This document shows positions 37,361 to 47,757 of a stretch of 64,000 nucleotides of DNA, in pieces. The translations under genes and the position numbers were made by a program. A model generated the notes under the pieces. The model ran no database searches. It was not told the origin of the DNA and saw only the letters and a program-made list of their open reading frames with translations. The first letter of the stretch is position 1. Each line of letters opens with the position of its first letter. The stretch is taken from assembly GCA_963833575.1 (NCBI GenBank), contig CAWHXY010000004.1, positions 928,001 to 992,000 of the forward strand, in the 5' to 3' direction. Source of the stretch: Candidatus Bathyarchaeota archaeon (lineage in GTDB: Archaea > Thermoproteota > Bathyarchaeia > Bathyarchaeales > Bathycorpusculaceae).

Positions 37361-38375
37361 AATGTTCCCAGCCTCGAGCGGCAATAGTATGTTTCTTTCC
37401 ATCAACATCTAAAATCATCTCTTTATCCCTTGCAACTTTCCCGATAGGTAGAAGGCATCCGCCGATTGCTTCCACTGCGGTTTCAGCATTAACCCACATT
37501 TTTGGTTTTACAGTAACTACCAGTTCGTATTCTTCCCCGCCGTAAAGTGCCAGTTCTAAAGGGTCGAGATGGTTGAACTCTGCAAATCGTTTTACTTCGT
37601 CCGCAACAGGAATGCTATTAACAATGAAACCGACATCACTCATTCTTCCGATTTCGTGCAGACTCCATGCTAAGCCATCACTTGAATCTATAGAAGCTGA
37701 GACTGCGCCTGAGTGGCTAAGTGCTAATCCCTCTTTGAGTCTGGCTTTAGGCATGCAAACTGCGCTTAACAGAACTTCGTTGAGGTTTGGAGATACTGAG
37801 CAGTTGTCTTTAAGCAAGCGTAGACCAGAAGCGGATTTGCCAAAAAAACCTGTAACTGCCAGAATATCGCCTGGTTTTGCTCCATTGCGCAACATTAAGG
37901 CTTCTTTTGTAGCGGTTCCAAAAAGCGAAATTGAAATGATGAGATCTGAAGTTTCACTTGTGTCGCCGCCGATAATGTATGCGCCATATTCTCGTGCTCC
38001 AGCGTTTAATCCTCTTGCAATTTCTTCGATGTCTTTGCGCATGAATTCTTTCGGCAAACCAAGTGCCACAAGAGCAGCTGTAGGTTGAGCCCCTTTAGAT
38101 GCGAAATCACTTACATTCATTACAATTGCTTTCCGAGCTGCTTGCCAAAGACTCATTTTTCTGGGAACATCGGTTTTACCTACTAACATATCAGTTTTTA
38201 ATACTGCGATTTGTTTTTCGTCCAGATTAACACCGGAAACGTCGTCTCCAAAAGGAACGGTTAAATTAGGCATCGGTTCCAGGTTGTTGGCGAGGATTTC
38301 AATTATTTTTCGTTCGCCTAAGTCTGTGCTTTTTTCGCCTGAATAGAGGTCGTTTCCAGTTTTGTCGTTATCCAT
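37344..38375 (-). CDS. thiL: Thiamine-monophosphate kinase
   Basis: GERKII, FGDD, KTDMLV, NVSDFASKGA, GGDT, IDSSDGL, GGEEYELV. Confidence 0.95.
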   Translation of the reverse strand: MDNDKTGNDLYSGEKSTDLGERKIIEILANNLEPMPNLTVPFGDDVSGVNLDEKQIAVLKTDMLVGKTDVPRKMSLWQAARKAIVMNVSDFASKGAQPTAALVALGLPKEFMRKDIEEIARGLNAGAREYGAYIIGGDTSETSDLIISISLFGTATKEALMLRNGAKPGDILAVTGFFGKSASGLRLLKDNCSVSPNLNEVLLSAVCMPKARLKEGLALSHSGAVSASIDSSDGLAWSLHEIGRMSDVGFIVNSIPVADEVKRFAEFNHLDPLELALYGGEEYELVVTVKPKMWVNAETAVEAIGGCLLPIGKVARDKEMILDVDGKKHTIAARGWEHFKSEF

Positions 38376-38592
38376 AAATTTATTCTCTTTTCAATAAAAC
38401 TGCAGTCAAAAAATATAAGGTTGGTTAAGACTTTTAAAATTGACGCTTAAACTGCCTGAAGAATTCTTTTGGTCTCTCTATCATCCTTCGAGTTCACTAG
38501 ATAATCCCAAATGGTTGTTGACTTCAAATCTTGAAATACAGATTTACCTGAAAACCTTAAAAACTTGGGTTTCACTCATTAGCAAATGCGAT

Positions 38593-38669
38593 GCCCCGAT
38601 GGCTCAGCCTGGTAGAGCGGCTGCCTCGTAAGCAGCAGGCCGCGGGATCAAAGCCCGCTCGAGGCTCCA
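38593..38669 (+). tRNA. tRNA-Thr (CGT)
   Basis: Acceptor GCCCCGA/TCGAGGC (one C-A mismatch), D arm GCTC..GAGC, anticodon arm GCTGC-CTCGTAA-GCAGC, T arm GCGGG-ATCAAAG-CCCGC, discriminator T plus encoded CCA; GAAAACCTTAAAA promoter-like sequence at ~38550. Confidence 0.92.
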
Positions 38670-39263
38670 TTTAAACTTTGCAATAAAACAAGAAGCGTTG
38701 TTTTTGAGGGAAATAAGAGATTTGGGTTTTTCGAAGGGTCCTAATTTATTATTGTGCTCGGTTTTTTGTCATCTCCATTTTTTGTTTTATGTTTTTGTTA
38801 AGCTGCGTTTTTTAGGAATTTTCGATATTTTGTATTGTAATATACGAAGGCTGCCATCAACGAGCTTGTGAATAACACGATTAATGGCATGCTTGTTTCT
38901 ACAATCATTTTTGTTCTCCTATACGTGTGGGAAGTACACGCTTTCTTTTTGAGCTGTTTTCTTTTGGGACGTTTTTTCCATTTTTTCCACCACTAATTTT
39001 TGATATTAATTACTTGATGAGCAATATAAGGGTGTTTGAGATTTGTTCATAAATATTGTGAAAAGTTGGATGAATAGTGGTTTAACGCCATTTATTATGT
39101 AACTAAATATCAAAAAATGCTTAACAAGTTAACAATTGTAGAATAGGTGCTTTTCTAGCGTGGTTGTATTTGTGTTGTGCATGTCGGCGCTCACACGGCT
39201 AAGTTGGAAATCTTTATTAAATATTACTATACTCGATGATAATTACATCAGGAGGCGATTGAC

Positions 39264-39596
39264 ATGCAGATTTTCGGGCACCAACACGAAGAAAAACTTA
39301 AATGCCCATACAAAGGCTGCGAAAAAACATTCGACAAGCCAACCGTCATAACTGACACCTCAGTCCTACCAAGACAAACACACTACGCCTGTCCCTACTG
39401 CATGTCCAAGCTTAACCTAATAATGGACAAAGAGAAAATCTTGGAGATAAAACCAACTGAGTATTCAACAGTTTTGGATTCTCCTGCAAAATGTGCCATC
39501 TTCAGCGGACTTCTGCAGCCAGGACAACAAATTCTGACGATGGACGAATGCCTAATATGCCCCAAGGTTCTCCAATGCAACATACGCAAGAAATAG
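39264..39596 (+). CDS. Cys-rich zinc-finger protein
   Basis: CPYKGC, CPYC, C..ECLICPKVLQC; SD AGGAGG. Confidence 0.8.
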   Translation: MQIFGHQHEEKLKCPYKGCEKTFDKPTVITDTSVLPRQTHYACPYCMSKLNLIMDKEKILEIKPTEYSTVLDSPAKCAIFSGLLQPGQQILTMDECLICPKVLQCNIRKK

Positions 39597-39606
39597 TAGA
39601 TTTGAT

Positions 39607-40158
39607 CTAAAATCTAATATTTGGGTTCCAAGCACCTGACGAAGATTGCCTTTCTGTAACTTCCACATGTTCTATTACAATCACTGCTCCGATGACTATT
39701 CGGTGGTCGACATCTCCTGTAATTGACACTCCAAGTTGATCTCTTACAGATACCCATTTCCGATGAATAATTGCAACTGGTGCTCTATCGACCTCCATTT
39801 GATATTCGTGTTCAGTAAAGTCTCCATAGATTCGCATGAACTCTTGGCCATTTTTTTCTATCCAGAATTCTTCGCCGACCAGCTTGGCGATTTTGCGCTT
39901 TATGGTGCCGAGCTCTTCGCCGCTTGAGCTGAAAAAAGTAAATTCTCGGTGTAGTGACAACGTTTTTCCATGCAGATGCATGAGTTCCAAGCCATGAGTA
40001 TCCAAAACTGTGAATTTGGGTGGAACCTGGACGATTTTACCGTCTGCCTCGGCCATCTTATTGCCTTTTAGGTCGATAAAATCATAGTGTTCTCTTGCAG
40101 AGAGGATTTTCTTTTGCATTATGAAATCGTTAGATTCAATTAGGAAATTGTCGCTCAT
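39607..40158 (-). CDS. LURP-one/tubby-C-like (scramblase-like) protein
   Basis: IMQKKILSARE, IYGDFTEHEY, VAIIHRKWVSVRD, C-terminal hydrophobic helix. Confidence 0.8.
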   Translation of the reverse strand: MSDNFLIESNDFIMQKKILSAREHYDFIDLKGNKMAEADGKIVQVPPKFTVLDTHGLELMHLHGKTLSLHREFTFFSSSGEELGTIKRKIAKLVGEEFWIEKNGQEFMRIYGDFTEHEYQMEVDRAPVAIIHRKWVSVRDQLGVSITGDVDHRIVIGAVIVIEHVEVTERQSSSGAWNPNIRF

Positions 40159-40426
40159 GTTAGTCACATTGAAAAAGGACTATTCAATTTAAAAAGTCTT
40201 TGTAACACTAATGATTTAACTAGGGAAGGGCGATAGTAAGTCATTCTTTGTTAACGAATTCGGCAACGATAAATAAAGGTCTGCATCAGCCAGTAGGAAC
40301 AACCCTCAACAACTAATAAGCAGAATAAGATAACCAGTCTGTTTTAAGGGTAAAAGTTTATATTTCCGTAGCCTTTTTTGCTTATTTCCGAATTAAATAA
40401 AGTTCTATTAAAGTAGGGATAACAAT

Positions 40427-42079
40427 ATGGCGTATTTAACAACAACAGGTTCAGGACAGCCAGTCTTGATTCTTAAAGAAGGAACAACCCGAAGTAGAGG
40501 CAAAGAAGCCCAAAGAAACAACATTATGGCCGCACGAGTAATCGGCGAAGTACTCAAAACCACCTTAGGCCCACGAGGCATGGACAAGATGCTCATCGAC
40601 AGCCTAGGCGACATTACAATTACAAACGACGGGGCAACGATCCTAAAAGAAATAGACGTTGAACACCCAGCAGCGAAAATGATGGTTGAAATCGCAAAAA
40701 CACAAGACGACATGGTCGGCGACGGAACCACAACAGCAGTAGTCCTCGCAAGCGAACTGCTCAAGAAAGCAGAAGAACTTCTAGACCAAAATATCCACCC
40801 CATAATCTTAGTTAGCGGCTACCGAAAAGCATCACAAAAAGCAATCGAAGTCATAAACAAAATAGCTGTTCCATTGGACGTAAACGATCGCAAAACACTC
40901 CTCAAAGTTGCATTAACATCTATGAGTAGCAAATCCGTAGGCGGAGCAAAAGATCACCTGGCAGAAATTTCCATCGACGCGGTCAAACAAATCGCAGAAC
41001 AACGCGGCGACAAAACCATAGCCGACATAGATAATATCCAACTAATCAAGAAAACAGGCAAAAGCCTCCTAGAAACAGAATTGATCCAAGGCATAATCAT
41101 CGACAAAGAAGTAGTTAACCCAGGCATGCCGAAAAAGAAAGAAAACGCAAAAATTGCTCTCCTAGACTCAGCACTCGAAATAGAAAAAACTGAGATTACA
41201 GCTGAAATCCGCATCAAAGACCCATCACAAATGAAAGCCTTCCTAGACCAAGAAAACGACATGATGCAGAAAATGGTCACAAAAATCAAAGCATCAAAAG
41301 CGGACATAGTTTTCTGCCAAAAAGGCATAGATGACATGGTTCAACACTTCTTAGCTAAAGAAGGCATAATGGCAGCTCGACGCGTAAAAGAATCAGATAT
41401 GGAGAAACTTGCAAGAGCAACAGGCGCAAGAATAAGCAGCGATTTAGACGACCTAAAAGCCGCAGATCTTGGTTTGGCAGGCTTAGTGGAAGAACGCAAA
41501 ATCGGCGACGACAAAATGATTTTTGTCGAAAAATGTAAAGATCCACATAGCGTGGCTATACTCATCCGCGCAGGCTTAGAACGCATGGTTGACGAAGCAG
41601 AAAGAGCCATGATCGACTCACTCTCAGTTGTGTCAGACGTAATTGAGAATAACAAAATTGTCGCAGGCGGCGGAGCAGTTGAAATAGAAATAGCCAAAGA
41701 ACTACGCAAATATGCAACAAAAGTTGGTGGAAGAGAGCAACTAGCCGTTGAAGCATTCGCAGACGCAGTCGAAGTAATCCCAAGAGCATTAGCAGAAAAC
41801 GCTGGTCTCGAACCTATAGATATCCTCGTCGAACTACGCTCAAAACACGATACCGCCGAAGGCAAAAACATAGGAATAAACGTCTTCACTGGTAAACTAC
41901 AAAACAGCATTGAGAACGGCGTCATAGAACCAATAGTTGTCAAAGAACAAGCCATAAAATCAGCAGCAGAATCAGCAGCCATGATACTACGCATAGACGA
42001 CGTAATTACCAGCAAATCACCAAAAGGTGGCCCAGGTGGTCCAGGTGGACCCGGCGGAATGCCCGGCGGCGAAGAATAA
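40427..42079 (+). CDS. ths: Thermosome (group II chaperonin) subunit
   Basis: [36 protein letters not shown]; GGPGG tail. Confidence 0.98.
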   Translation: MAYLTTTGSGQPVLILKEGTTRSRGKEAQRNNIMAARVIGEVLKTTLGPRGMDKMLIDSLGDITITNDGATILKEIDVEHPAAKMMVEIAKTQDDMVGDGTTTAVVLASELLKKAEELLDQNIHPIILVSGYRKASQKAIEVINKIAVPLDVNDRKTLLKVALTSMSSKSVGGAKDHLAEISIDAVKQIAEQRGDKTIADIDNIQLIKKTGKSLLETELIQGIIIDKEVVNPGMPKKKENAKIALLDSALEIEKTEITAEIRIKDPSQMKAFLDQENDMMQKMVTKIKASKADIVFCQKGIDDMVQHFLAKEGIMAARRVKESDMEKLARATGARISSDLDDLKAADLGLAGLVEERKIGDDKMIFVEKCKDPHSVAILIRAGLERMVDEAERAMIDSLSVVSDVIENNKIVAGGGAVEIEIAKELRKYATKVGGREQLAVEAFADAVEVIPRALAENAGLEPIDILVELRSKHDTAEGKNIGINVFTGKLQNSIENGVIEPIVVKEQAIKSAAESAAMILRIDDVITSKSPKGGPGGPGGPGGMPGGEE

Positions 42080-42343
42080 ATAAACCACATTTCTTAATTT
42101 TTCTTTTTCAATTCTAAGTTCGCTCTCTATGACCATAGGTTTTCTATTCTTTTGACAATACAAAATTTGATCTTTCTTTTGCAAATGCTGAGTAATCAGG
42201 CTCTTTCAAAGGGATAAGTCAAAAGCAAGAGTTGGAAAACCTTAAACTCCAAATACCCTGAAGAGAACCTTGTAAACAACAAATAATTTAAAATAACCCA
42301 TCATGTTTATTGTAGCCATTAACACGGAGAGAAGGGCGAAAAG

Positions 42344-42547
42344 ATGAGTGAAGAAGGCGACACATTCTGGGTATCGCTTATGGAAAAATTCTTTGGCGTA
42401 ATATTACTTATAATTGGCGGATTAATGATCTATTTCACAGCCACAAGCACAACCGAACTCGGTGATTTCAGCGTATTCTTTGGCGTCATAAGCGTAGTAA
42501 TGCTTATTATCGGTCTGTTTTTGCTTTTGGTTAGAGCGCCTGAATAA
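42344..42547 (+). CDS. Small 2-TM membrane protein
   Basis: Two hydrophobic helices; purine-rich SD region. Confidence 0.75.
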   Translation: MSEEGDTFWVSLMEKFFGVILLIIGGLMIYFTATSTTELGDFSVFFGVISVVMLIIGLFLLLVRAPE

Positions 42548-42688
42548 ACCAATTTGTTTCCTTTAATCACTCGAATTAGATTTTACTCCTCACCACAAAA
42601 CAAATCTAAAGAAAAAAAACACCCATTATCATTTATTAACCAAAAAACCATTTAGTTCATAGAAAAAATTTATTCAGAAGGATTAAAC

Positions 42689-44476
42689 ATGCCAACCCGT
42701 CAACCAATAGTATGCGTACTTGGACACGTAGATGCAGGAAAAACATCACTTCTTGACGAATTGAGGAAAACTAGCGTTCAAGCGCGTGAAGCCGGAGGCA
42801 TGACTCAGCACATCGGCGCAAGCTTCTTCCCCGTGGAAACCCTCAAGCAACTTATCGGACCATATCTCTCTAACTTCAAAACAGGCATAGAAATCCCCGG
42901 CTTACTCATCGTTGATACGCCCGGGCACGAAGCGTTCACTAATCTTCGGCGTAGAGGCGGAAGTGTCGCTGATATAGCGATTCTTGTCATAGATGTTTTG
43001 AAAGGTTTCGAAGCTCAAACTTTTGAATGTATAGAAATTTTAAAAGCTCGCAAAACTCCCTTCATTGTGGCTGTTAACAAGATAGATCGAATTCCAGGCT
43101 GGACTCCTCAGCAAGCTGCTCCATTTCTGAAGTCTTATGCATCCCAATCAAGTTTTGTTCGTGAGGCATTAGATAACCGTTTATACCAAGTTATGGGCGA
43201 GTTTTCCCGCTTATCGTTTAAAACTGATCGTTTTGACCATATTCGAGATTTCACCGTTAACGTTGCTTTAGTACCGGTTAGCGCAAAAACTGGCGAGGGC
43301 TTATCTGAACTAGTTATGGTTTTAGTTGGGTTAACTCAGCAGTTTCTTACTAAGCGGTTGCAGACAACTGAGGGTGCAGCCAAGGGGTCAGTGCTGGAGG
43401 TTAAAGAGGAGCCTGGCTTAGGTTTAACATTAAACGCAATTGTTTATGATGGCACGTTACATAAGGATGATCTGATTGTTGTCGGTGGCCGAGACGGAGC
43501 TATTTCAGCTCGGGTTCGGGCAATTCTGGTGCCAAAACCTTTGGATGAGATGAGGGATCCTCGTGACAAATTTACTTCCGTCGATTGCGTTATTGCCAGT
43601 GCAGGTGTTAAGGTAGTAGCTCCAGGTTTAGAGGGCGCATTAGCGGGGGCGCCCCTTTTTGCTGTGCCATCTGGCGAAGACCCTGCAAAATACTGCAAAC
43701 TCATCACTGAAGAGATAGGCAGAATTCGAATTGCAAAAGAGATTGAGGGAGTTATTGTTAAAGCTGATACGCTTGGCTCGTTAGAGGCAATGGCGGAAAT
43801 TTTGAAGACCAACAATGTGCAGGTGCGAATTGCCGATGTTGGGGATATTAGCAAGCGAGATGTAATTGAGGCGTCTGTTGTAAAAACGCGCGAGCCATTG
43901 GTCGGCGCAATCTTAGCATTCGGCGTTAAAACATTGCCTGATGCACAAGAGGAAGCTACAGCAAACAATATTCCAATTTTTAATCAACCGATCATATACA
44001 ATTTAATAGACTCATACTTGCAGTGGGCTAAAAACAAACGCGAAACCAAGAGCGAAGCAGAATTTGAGGCGCTAGTGAAACCTGGAAAAGTCAGGGTCTT
44101 ACCTAATTGTATCTTCCATAGAGCTAAACCATTAGTCGTAGGCGTGGAAGTGCTAGGAGGACGATTAAAACCAAAATATGGACTTATGCGTGCTGAAGAT
44201 GGAAGCGATTTAGGCGAAATTGATCAGATTCAAGACCAAGGCAAAGCAGTTCCTGAAGCCAAAGTTGGCATGGAAGTCGCAATTTCAATGGATAAGCCAA
44301 TCGCTGGCAGACATATATTTGAAAGAGATTTGTTATTTGTGAAAGTGCCTGAGAAAGATGCACAAGCATTGCAGAAAGCTCATGCTGATGACTTAACCGC
44401 TGATGAACAAGAAGTGCTAAAAGAATACATCAATCTTATGAGAAAGAAGGTTCCTTTCTGGGCAGGCGTCATGTAA
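42689..44476 (+). CDS. infB: Translation initiation factor aIF5B (IF-2)
   Basis: GHVDAGKT, GGMTQHIGA, DTPGHEAF, NKID, KADTLGSLEA. Confidence 0.97.
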   Translation: MPTRQPIVCVLGHVDAGKTSLLDELRKTSVQAREAGGMTQHIGASFFPVETLKQLIGPYLSNFKTGIEIPGLLIVDTPGHEAFTNLRRRGGSVADIAILVIDVLKGFEAQTFECIEILKARKTPFIVAVNKIDRIPGWTPQQAAPFLKSYASQSSFVREALDNRLYQVMGEFSRLSFKTDRFDHIRDFTVNVALVPVSAKTGEGLSELVMVLVGLTQQFLTKRLQTTEGAAKGSVLEVKEEPGLGLTLNAIVYDGTLHKDDLIVVGGRDGAISARVRAILVPKPLDEMRDPRDKFTSVDCVIASAGVKVVAPGLEGALAGAPLFAVPSGEDPAKYCKLITEEIGRIRIAKEIEGVIVKADTLGSLEAMAEILKTNNVQVRIADVGDISKRDVIEASVVKTREPLVGAILAFGVKTLPDAQEEATANNIPIFNQPIIYNLIDSYLQWAKNKRETKSEAEFEALVKPGKVRVLPNCIFHRAKPLVVGVEVLGGRLKPKYGLMRAEDGSDLGEIDQIQDQGKAVPEAKVGMEVAISMDKPIAGRHIFERDLLFVKVPEKDAQALQKAHADDLTADEQEVLKEYINLMRKKVPFWAGVM

Positions 44477-44537
44477 GGACTCACGTTGTAACAGCTCATA
44501 TTTGCCAATGCTGGGTTAACGGGTTCTTGAGATTCTT

Positions 44538-44834
44538 TTATCCTCCGCCTACTGGCGGAAGAATAGCTAAGACGTCACCATTTTTTAACTCAGTTTCTAG
44601 CCCGCTTAGTGTTGAGGTAGCAGTTCCGTTTATGAGGAACTGAAGGAAATTTTTAGGTTGCTGCGTTTTGCCGTTGTAAACATATTCTGTGAAGGGGGTG
44701 CCATATTTTTGCGAGAGGGTTTTAAGAACCAAGTTAACTGTAACATTCTCGCGTTTTGCAAAGTACAGAGTCTCTTCTCTTTTGTTCACGATTTCTCTTA
44801 GACTTGTGAAGAAACGAACTTTTATTTCTACCAT
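44538..44834 (-). CDS. MoaD/ThiS/SAMP ubiquitin-like sulfur carrier
   Basis: KVRFFTSLRE...LING...LKNGDVLAILPPVGGG* with C-terminal diglycine. Confidence 0.92.
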   Translation of the reverse strand: MVEIKVRFFTSLREIVNKREETLYFAKRENVTVNLVLKTLSQKYGTPFTEYVYNGKTQQPKNFLQFLINGTATSTLSGLETELKNGDVLAILPPVGGG

Positions 44835-44927
44835 TCGCACACAGCAGTTATATATGAAAAAATTGTGAAAAATAACCCTTCCGCAGAATCATTATTACAT
44901 CCTGAATTTCTTTAATAGACAAAAGGA

Positions 44928-45018
44928 TTGACTGAGGCTCTGGAACAGTCTTTAGGAGAAAAGAATGCAAAACACGAAACATGAATATCGTGAATTTTCT
45001 CCAGAGCTTCTCAGCCAA
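44928..45018 (-). repeat. Structured intergenic repeat, copy 4 (core, minus strand)
   Basis: Reverse complement reads TTGGCTGAGAAGCTCTGG..TTCACGA..TCGTG.TTTTGCATT..TTTTCTCCTAAAG..CCAGAGCCTCAGTCAA, sharing all core motifs with copy 1. Confidence 0.8.
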
Positions 45019-45274
45019 TAATGTAAATTTAGCAAACGAGCTATATATATTTTTTTCATAATTAAGCCAGAATTGGAAAAGAAATAAAGTAGTGTTCAAT
45101 TCTTGATTCAAAAAGAAGAAGAAACAAGTTGAAAAAGGAAAAAGTTGAATCATTTAAGATCTGAAATGGATTGACGTGACATTTCACATCTATTTTTGAA
45201 ATAGAAAATAATTTGGGCAAGAAACAGTTATACATTTAATACATACCAAAAAAACTGTACGTAGGTCTGGGAAA

Positions 45275-46042
45275 TTGAAATTAAGTCTGTCTAACGGACT
45301 CTTTAGCAAGCTAAGCATAAAAGAAAATTTCGAAACTGTTAAACAACTTGGTTTTAAGAACGTTGAGTTTAATATGAAGTCAATAAAGAAAGAACACGAC
45401 ACGGATGTTTATCGTGAAAAAAAAGCTTTGATAGATTCTGGACTAAATTGTTTAACGCTGCATTCTGCCAGCCTACATGTAAAAGATCCTATCGAGGTTC
45501 ATCAGGCTGTATATTACGGCAAAATCTCACTTGAGTGCGCCGTCGCCCTGAATGCGCCACTTATGACCATACACTCGAACGTTTCGAAGAAGTTGCCTCA
45601 TAATGTCAGAGAAAGGTGCCTAACGGAAATTTTTAATGACGAAATCAAGCCACTCGCAAAAAAGTTGGGTATAAAGTTGGCATTGGAGAATCTCTCATAT
45701 ACGTCCACGGGGTTTGGCAAGAACGTGGAGCAGCTGGAAGAAGTACTTGGAGTTATAGGTGAAAGCAGTATGGGGATAACTTTTGATTTGTGTCATGCGC
45801 TGGAAACAAAGCAAACAGACAATCTGCTAGAGAAATATGGGCGGCGTATCTGCAACGTTCACATGGCAGACAAAGCGCATAAGCCATTCATAGAGCCAAA
45901 AAAAGAATTAACCGCATTTTTGGGCAAACTGCATGACTTCGGGTATTCTGGTCCAATAACACTGGAGCTGGTGCATACAAGCAGCATGGACGAAATTGCT
46001 AAAAGTAAGGCACTCTTCGATAAGCTTTTGCGAGAATTTTAG
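45275..46042 (+). CDS. Sugar-phosphate isomerase/epimerase (xylose isomerase-like TIM barrel)
   Basis: GFKNVE, LALENL, FDLCHA, NVHMAD, GYSGPITLE. Confidence 0.88.
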   Translation: MKLSLSNGLFSKLSIKENFETVKQLGFKNVEFNMKSIKKEHDTDVYREKKALIDSGLNCLTLHSASLHVKDPIEVHQAVYYGKISLECAVALNAPLMTIHSNVSKKLPHNVRERCLTEIFNDEIKPLAKKLGIKLALENLSYTSTGFGKNVEQLEEVLGVIGESSMGITFDLCHALETKQTDNLLEKYGRRICNVHMADKAHKPFIEPKKELTAFLGKLHDFGYSGPITLELVHTSSMDEIAKSKALFDKLLREF

Positions 46043-46053
46043 TTCTTAAATGA

Positions 46054-46812
46054 CTACATAAGCGCTTTTTGCACAAATGTCTGTGTTGCATAGCCCCCTC
46101 CCATGAATTCGGTTAGGGTCAAGTTGTCCGATGGTAGCTCGGCTGTGCCTAAAACGAAAGAAGGATGCTTCTCTAAGCTTACTTCTCGTGTATAAGTGGT
46201 TTTGCTAAAGGCTAATACTGTGTTTGCTTTTGAGCAAGTTATGTCTTGAAGTAAATTGCTTCTTTTATTGTCTGAGCAAGGTAAGTAAGTTGCAATTATG
46301 ATTATACGATGTTTTCTTGCGAAGCTTGAGAGATAACTGATAATTTGACTGTAAACTCTTACAGCTTCTTCATTAGGAACATCACTGCCTAAAAAGAATC
46401 CTGCTATGTCGGAAATCACTACTAGTTTGGCCTTATATTTTTGTATGGTTTCTTCTAGCTTATCTAGTATAAGCGAAGTTAACTGATAAGCGGTAAAAGC
46501 TCTTGAAATAAAGATGCGTTCAAGCACTTGCCTTGGGTTTAAGTCGTGAAGTTGGGCTAAACGGGCGATTTTGTAGAGCCTAAACGTGTTTCCACCATCA
46601 ACAAAAACAACATTGCTTCCTAAACCGCCAAGCTGCGTTGGCAATTGTGCGCGGATGCAGAGTAAAGAAGTTAATGAAATAACTGATGGTGACCCATAAA
46701 GCACGGCGAAGTCGCCTGGCGCAAATCCTGGGAAAAGCTCGTCTACACCGGGCATGTTTAAAGAAAATAGTGGTTGAACTAATGTAGTAGGTTTAACGAT
46801 TAAATTTTGCAA
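46054..46812 (-). CDS. RadA/Rad51-fold protein with inactivated Walker A
   Basis: PGVDELFPGFAPGDFAVLYG then SPSVISL instead of xxGxGKT; QLPTQLGGL, VVFVDGGNTF, LERIFISRAFTAYQ, LVVISD. Confidence 0.85.
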   Translation of the reverse strand: MQNLIVKPTTLVQPLFSLNMPGVDELFPGFAPGDFAVLYGSPSVISLTSLLCIRAQLPTQLGGLGSNVVFVDGGNTFRLYKIARLAQLHDLNPRQVLERIFISRAFTAYQLTSLILDKLEETIQKYKAKLVVISDIAGFFLGSDVPNEEAVRVYSQIISYLSSFARKHRIIIIATYLPCSDNKRSNLLQDITCSKANTVLAFSKTTYTREVSLEKHPSFVLGTAELPSDNLTLTEFMGGGYATQTFVQKALM

Positions 46813-46934
46813 TCTCTTCGTTCTCCATGTTCAAGACAAAGAAGGAGGTACGGTTCTTACCCTTTTTAAGGCATTGAAGAAACAACATTACAGAGCAGGG
46901 GAGGGTAAAGTGAAAGTGAAAAAGGCTTAAGCAC

Positions 46935-47150
46935 TTAGGCAGCGGCTTGCTTAGTTTCTTTTTCCATTCTTAACATTTGGGTTGCTAAAGTAATCAGAAA
47001 AATTACTACAAACACTATAACTGCCATCCCGACCTTATACGTGAGATCTATGTTAACATAAAAAAGCGCAAAAACAGCCACAAGCATCAATGCTAAAACC
47101 AGCACTTCTTGAACGCCGCTAAAGATTTTTGGTCCAAAACTCATTTTCAT
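46935..47150 (-). CDS. Small 2-TM membrane protein
   Basis: Two hydrophobic helices and a charged tail; GGTGA before the start. Confidence 0.7.
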   Translation of the reverse strand: MKMSFGPKIFSGVQEVLVLALMLVAVFALFYVNIDLTYKVGMAVIVFVVIFLITLATQMLRMEKETKQAAA

Positions 47151-47323
47151 TCACCAATATTTCCAAAACCCTTGCGTAAGCGTAAGATATTAATTTTCTG
47201 CCTATTGTTGCCAAGAAATCCCTGCATTTTGAGCTTAAAGATGAAAATAAATCTGTATAATGTTTTGATGCACGAGTTAAATACTGTTGCTTCTGTTCCG
47301 TAATTAACCTCAATAATTGGAAA

Positions 47324-47625
47324 TTGCTCAAACTATACTTGATAGTCTTAGCCGCATTGCTAGGCGGTCAGCTCATGGCTAGAAGTCAAGAAGCGCATAA
47401 CCATCGCGTTTCGCTCTCAATACCCCAACTTAAGCGCAGTTTATCCGAGGAATTCATGGTTGAAACTGACGGCTTAGCCTTCTCTAAATTGAAAAAAAAT
47501 ATAAAGCGCCAAATAGGAAAATTTACCAGCTTACGGATGCGGGGATGAACCGAATTCGCGAGCTTGCAGCAACTCCGATTAGACTACTCGGAGCGGAGTT
47601 AGAAAATCTGAGGCAGATGTGTTGA
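47324..47625 (+). pseudogene. Frameshifted PadR-family regulator relic
   Basis: Pieces in different frames: LYLIVLAALL / SAHG / EVKKRITIAFRSQYPNLSAVYP / ETDGL / PNRKIYQLTDAGMNRIREL, following the PadR HGY..YP..RK-Y-LT-G pattern. Confidence 0.72.
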
Positions 47626-47757
47626 CCACTCATAATGTATTTTTCCATATCATCTCAAACGAGGAGAGTTGCTCAGTTACCTGTTGATGTTGTGCGTAAA
47701 CATCGTTTTGGTTGGTAAACTTTTTAGGGAAGTCTTGATACACCAAGAAGACTTTTA

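Noticed and set aside
42024-42076. [15 protein letters not shown] repeat at the thermosome end
   Set aside because: Ordinary Gly/Pro/Met-rich chaperonin tail.
40408-42090. Long antisense ORFs (131, 127 and 249 aa) opposite the thermosome, and similar ones opposite purL, infB, thiL, ABCE1, rps8e and fni
   Set aside because: Shadow frames of conserved genes caused by codon bias; Ser/Ile/Phe-rich and without motifs.
44848-45153. 101-aa minus-strand ORF
   Set aside because: Phe/Leu-rich translation of AT-rich intergenic DNA that runs through repeat copy 4.
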